From contig NC_068985.1 of the NCBI RefSeq assembly GCF_001194135.2, positions 49,331,422-49,366,745 on the forward strand: DNA of 35,324 nucleotides. Direction: 5' to 3'. Position numbers and translations under genes: made by a program. This stretch comes from Octopus bimaculoides. Its lineage: Eukaryota. Positions 22,933-32,306 of this stretch are shown in pieces (the first letter of the stretch is position 1; every line of letters begins with the position of its first letter). Below the pieces are notes generated by a model that searched no databases, was not told the DNA's origin, and saw nothing but the letters and a program-made list of their open reading frames with translations.

Positions 22933-23130
22933 GGTAGTTTGTGTCATGCTCTTGCAAATTGTTGTAGGTGACTTGCAAACAACTCGCACATGCAAGTGCT
23001 ACCAGTCGAGAACTCCGCATACCGGAAGCCAGCAAGTGTATGGGGTAATCGGGAGAGAATGTGTGACATTTCGGGGCCTACCTCTCGACGGCGGTAGTTT
23101 GTGCCATGCTCTTGCAAATTGTTGTAGGTG
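22933..23130. repeat. 38-bp direct repeat x2 (37/38 identical, period 160)
   Basis: ggtagtttgtg(t/c)catgctcttgcaaattgttgtaggtg at 22933-22970 and 23093-23130. Confidence 0.97.
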
Positions 23131-23820
23131 CCAATATATAGAAACCTACAACTGCAAAGCTATATTGCTGTGACCAGACATAAATGCTTTCTCCAGGTCA
23201 GCCTTGACTAAGGCTGTGAAAGCTGGAAGGAGAGAAGACTGCATCAGCAGTCAATTGGTAAGTACTTCAATTAAGTAAACTGGAGCAACATCAAGTGAAG
23301 CGCTTTGCTCATGTACATAACATTCAAGTCCAATAATTGAAATCACATTACAATTGTCAGCCCTAGTCACAAAGCCACATGCACTGTATGTGCTTATGAT
23401 CTGTGCATCATAATCAACACATGCAGCATTAGTTCTACATGCGAGCATGTAGGATGAAAATACCTAGTATGAAAATTGAACAAGGGTTTGTATTAGGAAG
23501 GGCTTGAAAAAGCAATATAGTGAAAATGTCAATTAAACGACATCCTATAATTTAATGAGCATGACAGAAAGAGGGGTCACTATCTTGTACGTAATAACAA
23601 GAAAATAGGAATTCGCAAGACGTCTGTAATAAGTCATAACATATTTATTACTGGAGGTAACGTGTTAACATATAAGGTTAATTGAAGGAAAGGCTTGTAA
23701 CATTACATGAACATATTCCTTTTTGCAATCACGTCTCCAAGTAAGTGAGGTGAATGTACGCGTGAGCGGGCATGTATGTGGTGGCCTGACTCAATGCCGG
23801 TCTAAGACTGGACAGACAAT
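22933..23820 (-). ncRNA. Putative heat-shock-inducible structured non-coding transcript (3' extent unknown)
   Basis: Lies directly downstream of the HSE/TATA/Inr promoter. First AUG gives only a 14-codon ORF (MPAHAYIHLTYLET*); no recognisable long ORF; many hairpins. Transcription is inferred, not shown. Confidence 0.35.
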
Positions 23821-23822
23821 GA
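23817..23822 (-). promoter_or_regulatory. Initiator-like element, predicted TSS at 23820
   Basis: Minus strand TCATTG with the A exactly 30 nt downstream of the first T of the TATA box. Confidence 0.6.
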
Positions 23823-23842
23823 GCGTATTTAGAATGCTTCGC

Positions 23843-23850
23843 TTTATATA
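23843..23850 (-). promoter_or_regulatory. TATA box (TATATAAA)
   Basis: Plus strand tttatata equals minus TATATAAA(G); 38 bp from the HSE, at -30 relative to the Inr. Confidence 0.8.
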
Positions 23851-23887
23851 AGGGATGAACCAGAAGTCCCTGACTTCCATGTCAACC

Positions 23888-23922
23888 GGAAGCTTCTAGA
23901 ATGTTCGAGAACTTTCTAGAAG
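23888..23922. promoter_or_regulatory. Heat-shock element: 7 contiguous perfect alternating nGAAn units
   Basis: gGAAgcTTCtaGAAtgTTCgaGAActTTCtaGAAg; GAA at 23889, 23899, 23909, 23919 and TTC at 23894, 23904, 23914. This is the canonical HSF-binding arrangement. Confidence 0.95.
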
Positions 23923-24273
23923 GTTGAGGGAGATTACTCTCATTAAATCCCTTTTCCGTTTTGCTTTCCTGCTTGACCACCAGGGTTCACAATAGCAAGC
24001 TTAAAAACGATAATGATATAGCTTACAAAAGTTTATAGTTTCTTGAAGAATGTGAATGTGTGGGTGTGTGTGTATGATGAAAACGGTGAGTCTAGTGAAA
24101 GTATTATTTCATTTGAGAACACATTAGTAGCCTTAACATGTTTCCCTGAACAAGTAACCCCAGGTGGGTATATTATTACTTAAAATTATTATCAGTTAAG
24201 CTATGATATGTAATCTTTGCAGATTTCACTCTGCTTGAAAAGTAGTAAACACACACCCACACACACGCATGCA

Positions 24274-24316
<43 letters not shown>

Positions 24317-24440
24317 CTGGTATTTAATCATTGATAGATCTATTCCAGTCTCTGTTTCCTCTGTGCTGCTAGTGTAATGGTGTTTGTTCTTCAGATCAAG
24401 TTAGTCTTCTACAACTCAGACTCAAGCGCTCTTAACTCAC

Positions 24441-24563
24441 TTGCCTTGTTATCTCTCATTACCCATGTTGTGTCCAATTCCACCAGATTCCACACTAACA
24501 ATGCTAATCTTTCCTCCCCATAATAATAAACTCTCTGGAACTCATTCCTTGTCCATGTCTTTT
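24441..24563 (-). CDS. Weak candidate internal exon (phase 1-1, 123 nt), product unknown
   Basis: Acceptor cctacag| and strong donor CAA|GTGAGT; open frame EKTWTRNEFQRVYYYGEERLALLVWNLVELDTTWVMRDNKA. No homology recognised. Confidence 0.18.
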
Positions 24564-25315
24564 CTGTAGGTTTCAGCTTACAGTAATTTAAGCAGAACAT
24601 TAAGGACATAGATCTCACTGGCCTTGGAAGGCCTGTGAAGACCTAGCAATTAAGACACACACACACACACAAGCATGCGTGCGCACACAGACATGCACAC
24701 ATGCACACATGCATGCACACATGCATGCACACACATGCATGTACGTGCACACACATGCACACACACACTCTCTCTCTCACACACACACCCACACGCACTC
24801 ACACACACATACTCATATCATTCGTTCATTGCTTTTGCAGTGTTTTTTCCATACTAGCTAGCATGGGTTAGATGAATATATATATATATATATCAGTGAA
24901 GTATTGTTTAACAGCTGGATGGTCTTCCTGCCATTAACTCTTACTTGTTATTCAAGTAAAGGAGTTTTCATTCTACAGGTGCCCGGAAATGTCATCATAT
25001 AACAATGTCTGTAGTGCAGCACAGAATGTAAATATCCCCCCACACACACACACACACAAAATACATGCACTTACAAATTTAAATTAGTAAGTATATGTTG
25101 CAAATTAATACTAATGCATCCAAAGCCAGGAATGCTGCTGCTGCTAATGATGATGGTGATGATGATGTTTTAATATTGAGCATGTAAGGAGTGGTTTACA
25201 ACTGATAAAGCCGCAATCAACACTATAAAAGAGTGACATGGAGTGGGGGAGTAAAAGATGAGTGTTAATTCTACAATGGTGTACTTTACATAACATAAAA
25301 CACACCACCACCACC

Positions 25316-25354
<39 letters not shown>

Positions 25355-26084
25355 GCTATTATTTCTCATACACACACACATACACACACCCCAACAAGTT
25401 GATGAGAGCCTCTATGTGGACAATCAAACTTCTAGAAAGAGCAGCTAATTCTCCCTTAAATCACATAGCTCAGTCTTCTCATATGAAGGACACACGCATT
25501 TGAAAAAAAATACGGGCTGATCACAATCAAAACAGGTCTAATTGGATCAAGACTTACCTAGGGCTAAACAATAACAGCATATATAAAATTTTAAAAATTA
25601 GGCACTTCTGTGTGGTCACTCATACTGCTAGAAATATCAACCAAATCTTTAAGTCACACTTTAATATGACATGCTCATTCCATCCTTTTCTGAAAAATGA
25701 AAAAGCCTCTAAAATGGAAGCCACGTCTCCTAGAAATTTCATTGTAATGTAGAGAAAGGATACCATGTAGCTGATGATAAAGATAGATATGATGGTCATG
25801 GCTGGAACGATTTTGATGACAGATTTGCTTGGTTAGAACTGACTTGGTCTAAACAACAAGTTACATACATAAATGCCTTCTCTTCTCCCTTCTGTTGTCT
25901 GTCTCTCAATATATAGTTAGCTATGTGTACATGTGTAGAGAGAGAGAGAGACAGACATACAGACAGACAGACGGGAAGAGAGAGACAGACATACATTCAT
26001 AGATACATATTACATGCATACATGACACATATACATAGCACAAATTTAACCAGCACATACCTGCATATTAGGACACATACATTT

Positions 26085-26156
<72 letters not shown>

Positions 26157-26519
26157 AAAACTACAATAACAGCAACAATAACAATCTGAGCCATCGTTAC
26201 ATGTGGTGCCTCAATCAATTAAACAACCTTCGTTGCTGCTCTACCCTCAGCATCCCCACCATTACGCCATCCAAATATTCAAATTAGATGCCTCTAGAAC
26301 ATCTGATACCCATATTGATGAAGTGACAGAAGATCACTGGGGATTAATCACATCATGCCCCACTCCCTCCTCATTGCCACACCCTTCCCTCCATCCAACT
26401 CCCACAATCTTTAGCACACCCTCCACCACTTCATTTTCCTCCACCTCCTCCATCTTCAGACCTGTCACTGAGCAACAGCAATAAATTCTAGAGATCGAAA
26501 TCGATTCCTGATTTGTGGC

Positions 26520-28236
26520 ATAGCATGACATGGTATGTAAGGGGCGTTTGCTGAGATTATATATGAGGTGGTGTATGGTGTATATTTTGGGGTATGCTTG
26601 GTAAGTACTGTGAGATATGTATGGCATTTATCTGGGTATATCTAGGTATGCATGGTATGTTATCTGAGGTATGCATAATATGTTATCTGTAGCATGATAG
26701 TATNNNNNNNNNNNNNNNNNNNNNNNNNNNNNNNNNNNNNNNNNNNNNNNNNNNNNNNNNNNNNNNNNNNNNNNNNNNNNNNNNNNNNNNNNNNNNNNNN
26801 NNNNNNNNNNNNNNNNNNNNNNNNNNNNNNNNNNNNNNNNNNNNNNNNNNNNNNNNNNNNNNNNNNNNNNNNNNNNNNNNNNNNNNNNNNNNNNNNNNNN
26901 NNNNNNNNNNNNNNNNNNNNNNNNNNNNNNNNNNNNNNNNNNNNNNNNNNNNNNNNNNNNNNNNNNNNNNNNNNNNNNNNNNNNNNNNNNNNNNNNNNNN
27001 NNNNNNNNNNNNNNNNNNNNNNNNNNNNNNNNNNNNNNNNNNNNNNNNNNNAGCAAAAACACCTAAAGCTCCACGAGGCTCCGGCAGGGGATGGTGGTGA
27101 ACCCTGCTGTACATTTCACCACAACTTTCTCTCTCACTCTTACTTCCTGTTTCTGTTGTGCCTATAATTCAAAGGGTCAGCCTTGTCACACTGTGTCACG
27201 CTGAATATCCCTGAGAACTACGTTACGGGTACACATGTCTGTGGAGTGCTCAGCCACTTGCATGTTAATTTCACGAGCAGGCTGTTCCGTTGATCGGATC
27301 AACTGGAACCCTCGACGTCGTAAGCGATGGAGTGCCAACACATGTATGGGACGTTACCTGGAGTATGATGATATGTTAGCTGGAGTATGATTGCATGTTA
27401 TCCTGGGGTGTGTATGGAATGTTTTCCATCAAGGACTGGATGGTTTACAACAGCATGACCCCGTGACCCTGCTATGCATGACAGAGAACAGAGATAGCTT
27501 GACTGCAAAATCATCTAGAGTGGCACCCCCCCCCCCCNNNNNNNNNNNNNNNNNCTCGAATGACTGGCTGCACCAGTGAAGAGTACTTGATGATGATGAT
27601 GATGAGGATGATGATGATGACAGGGGTGCTGGTATGTTATTCTGGATATTTATGGAATGTATAACACCTAGGTTGTGTATGGTGTGTTATCTGGGGTATA
27701 TAATAATCCAAGCCAGATAGAAGCAACATGATGTGATACAGTTCACTTAGAGATAACAAAGACTTAGAGGTGAAGCAAGTGACAAAAGATGTTTTGTTAA
27801 CTATTGTTGCTGTTGTTGTTGCAGTGGTGGTGGTGGTGGTAATGGTATGGTGGTGGTGATGGTAATGGTGGTGNNNNNNNNNNTATGAGGTGGTGTATGG
27901 TGTATATTTTGGGGTATGCTTGGTAAGTACTGTGAGATATGTATGGCATTTATCTGGGTATATCTAGGTATGCATGGTATGTTATCTGAGGTATGCATAA
28001 TATGTTATCTGTAGCATGATAGTATGTTATTTGGGGTGTGATGGTATGTCATCCGAAGTCATCATCATCAGCATCAGCATCATTTAACATCCGTTGTCCA
28101 TACTGGTACGGTGTATGGTATATTATCTGGGATAAGTATGGTATATTTAGAGTATGTATGACATATTACCTGGGAGTATGTAGGGCTTGTTATTTTGGAT
28201 ATGCATTGTATGTTACCTGGGGTATGTATGGGACGT
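26520..28236. repeat. Degenerate ~21-22-bp minisatellite (consensus approx. ggtatgttatctggggtatgtat), interrupted by SINEs, gaps and GGT tracts
   Basis: Variants recur throughout 26520-26703, 27342-27430, 27630-27700 and 27884-28236. Confidence 0.75.
27052..27341 (+). mobile_element. SINE core B/tail Y (5' end in gap)
   Basis: Identical to 28332-28538 over the overlap; followed by ATGTATGGGACGTT (27342-27355). Confidence 0.92.
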
Positions 28237-28538
28237 TGTGGAGGCACAATGGCCCAGTGGTTAGGGCAGCGTACTCACGGTCATAGGATCGCAGTTTTGA
28301 TTCCCAGACCGGGCGTTGTGAGTGTTTATTGAGCAAAAACACCTAAAGCTCCACGAGGCTCCGGCAGGGGATGGTGGTGAACCCTGCTGTACATTTCACC
28401 ACAACTTTCTCTCTCACTCTTACTTCCTGTTTCTGTTGTGCCTATAATTCAAAGGGTCAGCCTTGTCACACTGTGTCACGCTGAATATCCCTGAGAACTA
28501 CGTTACGGGTACACATGTCTGTGGAGTGCTCAGCCACT
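28237..28538 (+). mobile_element. SINE head/core B/tail Y (3' end in gap)
   Basis: A box TGGCCCAGTGG, B-box-like GTTTTGATTCC; preceded by ATGTATGGGACGTT (28224-28237). Confidence 0.92.
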
Positions 28539-29341
28539 NNNNNNNNNNNNNNNNNNNNNNNNNNNNNNNNNNNNNNNNNNNNNNNNNNNNNNNNNNNNNN
28601 NNNNNNNNNNNNNNNNNNNNNNNNNNNNNNNNNNNNNNNNNNNNNNNNNNNNNNNNNNNNNNNNNNNNNNNNNNNNNNNNNNNNNNNNNNNNNNNNNNNN
28701 NNNNNNNNNNNNNNNNNNNNNNNNNNNNNNNNNNNNNNNNNNNNNNNNNNNNNNNNNNNNNNNNNNNNNNNNNNNNNNNNNNNNNNNNNNNNNNNNNNNN
28801 NNNNNNNNNNNNNNNNNNNNNNNNNNNNNNNNNNNNNNNNNNNNNNNNNNNNNNNNNNNNNNNNNNNNNNNNNNNNNNNNNNNNNNNNNNNNNNNNNNNN
28901 NNNNNNNNNNNNNNNNNNNNNNNNNNNNNNNNNNNNNNNNNNNNNNNNNNNNNNNNNNNNNNNNNNNNNNNNNNNNNNNNNNNNNNNNNNNNNNNNNNNN
29001 NNNNNNNNNNNNNNNNNNNNNNNNNNNNNNNNNNNNNNNNNNNNNNNNNNNNNNNNNNNNNNNNNNNNNNNNNNNNNNNNNNNNNNNNNNNNNNNNNNNN
29101 NNNNNNNNNNNNNNNNNNNNNNNNNNNNNNNNNNNNNNNNNNNNNNNNNNNNNNNNNNNNNNNNNNNNNNNNNNNNNNNNNNNNNNNNNNNNNNNNNNNN
29201 NNNNNNNNNNNNNNNNNNNNNNNNNNNNNNNNNNNNNNNNNNNNNNNNNNNNNNNNNNNNNNNNNNNNNNNNNNNNNNNNNNNNNNNNNNNNNNNNNNNN
29301 NNNNNNNNNNNNNNNNNNNNNNNNNNNNNNNNNNNNNNNNN

Positions 29342-29822
29342 TGGTGGTGGTGGTGGTGGTGGTGGTGATGGTAATGGTGGTGGTGGTGGTGGTAGTGGTG
29401 GTGGTAATGGTATGGTGGTGGTGGTGGTGGTGGTAATGGTATGGTGGTGGTGATGGTAATGGTGGTGGTGGTGGTCTATGCTTCAAGGATTGTGGAGGTG
29501 ATAACAGTAACATGGTAATAGTGGTGGTGTTGGTTGTGGTGATAGTGGTTTATGGCGCATGGTCCTGGTGTTGTTATGTCAGTGGTACGTGTATGAAAGA
29601 ATTTGATTTAGTTTTCTTCTGCAATGATCATCATAGTGGCATAGTGGTTGTTGTAGTAGGAGTAGTGGTAGTGGTGGTGATAGTAGTGATTCATACTTCC
29701 TTGGTGGATGGTAGTGCAGGTAGTGGTATTGGTGTTGCTGTTGTTCATACATCGGATGATGGCTATTTATGCTAGCTGTAGTAGTACTAAAGGTGATGAT
29801 GGTAGTTGTGGAGGTGTTGTTG

Positions 29823-29854
<32 letters not shown>

Positions 29855-30426
29855 GGTGGTGGTGGTGGTGTGATTCATACTCTTATGATAGTGCTTGTGA
29901 TTCACACTCCTTGTGGTACTTATTTATGATACGTACAACAGTAATGGTGATGGTGGGAGCAGTGGTAATGGCAAAGGAAATATTAATTAAGATGCTGGAG
30001 AGAAGTACAGAATATGTAGTGATTTTGATAATGGTACTGGCGGTAGTGGTNNNNNNNNNNNNNNNNNNNNNNNNNNNNNNNNNNNNNNNNNNNNNNNNNN
30101 NNNNNNNNNNNNNNNNNNNNNNNNNNNNNNNNNNNNNNNNNNNNNNNNNNNNNNNNNNNNNNNNNNNNNNNNNNNNNNNNNNNNNNNNNNNNNNNNNNNN
30201 NNNNNNNNNNNNNNNNNNNNNNNNNNNNNNNNNNNNNNNNNNNNNNNNNNNNNNNNNNNNNNNNNNNNNNNNNNNNNNNNNNNNNNNNNNNNNNNNNNNN
30301 NNNNNNNNNNNNNNNNNNNNNNNNNNNNNNNNNNNNNNNNNNNNNNNNNNNNNNNNNNNNNNNNNNNNNNNNNNNNNNNNNNNNNNNNNACTAAAGGTGA
30401 TGATGGTAGTTGTGGAGGTGTTGTTG

Positions 30427-30458
<32 letters not shown>

Positions 30459-30500
30459 GGTGGTGGTGGTGGTGGTGATAATGGTGGTGGGTGACAATAG
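29342..30500. repeat. (GGT)n/(GTT)n low-complexity region with an ~85-bp block repeated at 29787 and 30391
   Basis: Direct reading. Confidence 0.9.
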
Positions 30501-31240
30501 TAGTGAAGGAGAGTGTAGCAATGGCAATAATAGTTTATAGTCCTAGTTTTGTGTAGAACTCCTGTAGTCTTGGAGACACACAGCAGTGTTGCATAGAAAA
30601 AGGGTGTGGTAATATTGTGGTTTGTGAAGTAAAATTGACTGGGGGTAGGGTGTAGTTAATAATGAAAATTTGTGGTGGCATTCAAGAAATGGCAACAGGG
30701 GTATTGGTGTAGGGGTCAGTTGTAGTGGTAATAATGATCCTTAAGGTTCCCTTTATTTCTGCCATTATAATAAACTGTTTAAAAGACGAGAGAGACAGGG
30801 AAAATTCTTAAATACCATGGCACCAGCACAGAGTTGTGTGAGGTCAGAGTGAGGAATGGAATGTGTGATGTTGTCCCATGTGTGCCAGAACAAAAGAAGC
30901 GGAACTATTTAGAAATTCTAGCCTCCATTTGATGCACCAGACATGTATTGGAGAGGAATATAGGAAGCCTTAAAGAATGCGCTGAAATGCCTGCTGTTTA
31001 TAAAACAACACAGGATAACGGGGGCCAAAGGTCAGATGTTTAATTGACACTGTTAGAGCAGAAGGAACTGTTCCTGGCTTATTCCCAGTTTTGATAGGCT
31101 TATGATGTTGTTTGGGACCAGAGGAAATTCCAATATTTTTATGCAAGGGATTGGCAGGAACAAAGAAGCAAGCATGCATGCACGCATACTTTAGTGACAC
31201 ATTCATCCTTACTCATATTGTTATGAGTGAGTGAATATGT

Positions 31241-31271
<31 letters not shown>

Positions 31272-31428
31272 AGAGTGTGTGTGTATACATACAGAGAAAG
31301 ATAGAGAGAGAGAAACACAGACAGACAGACAAAAAGGGGTGTGTGTATCAATGCCTTCTTTTTTGTGTCCAAGCACACACACATATATGTTCATATGCAC
31401 AAATGTACATACACACACGCACACACAA

Positions 31429-31816
31429 TGTTGGCACTCCGTCGGTTACAACGACGAGGGTTTCAGTTGATCCGATCAACGGAACAGCTTGCTTGTGAAA
31501 TTATCGTGCAAGTGGCTGAGCACTCCACAGACACGTGTACCTTTAACATAATTCTCGGGGGAGATGCAGTGTGACACAGAGTGTGACAAGGCTGGCCCTT
31601 TGAAATACAGATACAACAGAAACAGGAAGATAGAGAGAGAGAGAAAGTTGTGGTGAAAGAGTACAGCAGGGTTCGCCACCACCTGCTGCCGGAGACTCAT
31701 GGAGCATTAGGAGTTTTCGCTCAATAAACACTCACAACGCCCGGTCTGGGAATCGAAACCGCGATCTTACAACCACGAGTCTGCTGCCCTAACCACTAGG
31801 CCATTGCACCTCCACA
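31429..31816 (-). mobile_element. Full-length SINE head/core B/tail Y
   Basis: Minus A box TGGCCTAGTGG and B box GGTTTCGATTCC; candidate TSD GCACACACAA at 31419-31428 and 31818-31827 (low complexity). Confidence 0.92.
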
Positions 31817-31925
31817 TGCACACACAAACACATGGAAGGTGTGTCCATATATTTCAAGACCCTATTGATTAGTATGGAAAGGTTTTCTTCAAGGGAGACC
31901 ATGGTAGGGCTATTTTTTTCTTTAC

Positions 31926-32036
31926 CTTTTCTAAGAAAGCCCAGCAGTTTCCCATGCATGCAAGTTTCCCTCTCCATGTCACTTATGTTGTCCAAGGAAA
32001 CAGCAAGGGCCAGTACAAGTGTTCTTGTAGCCATTG
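31926..32036 (-). CDS. Candidate coding exon (111 nt), product unknown
   Basis: Acceptor ctctttgcattttgacag| and donor AAG|GTAAAG; GC-richer than the flanks. Frame reads MATRTLVLALAVSLDNISDMERETCMHGKLLGFLRK with ATG in GCAATGG context. No homology recognised. Confidence 0.33.
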
Positions 32037-32306
32037 CTGTCAAAATGCAAAGAGCTGAAACAGTGACCACAAGTATTTCCTCTCATACTTTAACAGTGCT
32101 ACCATTCTTCAACCCAAGACTGGTATTTTATTCATTAATCTTGAAAGAAAGAAAAACAGAGTTAATCTCAGAAGGATTTGAACTCAGGAACCCAAAATAA
32201 ATGCCACATGTTACTCTATCCAATACTCTAACAATTTTACCAATTTACAATCATGATTTATGTATACATGCACACACACACTCACACACACATACACACA
32301 TATACC

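Noticed and set aside
22933-22970. Resemblance of ggtagttt..ttgttgtagg to miR-196, and of minus-strand UUGGCAC to the miR-96 seed
   Set aside because: Only short partial matches; the rest of the mature sequences do not align.
22933-23130. 38-bp direct repeats as a CRISPR array
   Set aside because: Only two repeats, a 122-bp spacer, no cas genes, and a clearly eukaryotic context.
23100-23266. U1 snRNA-like or SL-RNA gene (minus strand UACUUACC .. AAUUUG Sm-like site)
   Set aside because: No U1-70K or U1A loop sequences, no stem-loop IV, wrong spacing. The ACTTACC is simply the complement of a donor-like site.
1-23800. hsp70, hsp90 or small HSP coding sequence downstream of the HSE
   Set aside because: No chaperone motifs in any frame of the sequenced part. 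Exons hidden in gaps or beyond the window cannot be excluded.
22900-23820. Telomerase RNA, hammerhead ribozyme, SECIS or C/D snoRNA as the structured transcript
   Set aside because: No CUAACCCU template, no CUGAUGA..GAAA core, no properly spaced AUGA/AA/GA, and no C/D box pair found.
24038-24050. Additional upstream HSE (TTCttGAA)
   Set aside because: Only two units, below the three-unit minimum for an HSF trimer, and expected by chance.
28237-28315. tRNA genes at SINE heads (also 2540-2614, 8070-8143, 31740-31816)
   Set aside because: A and B boxes are present but there is no complete cloverleaf, and each continues into a SINE core and tail.
30783-31043. Plus-strand frame of ~86 codons with a single in-frame TGA (possible selenocysteine)
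   Set aside because: No homology recognised, no start or splice context, no SECIS; compatible with chance.
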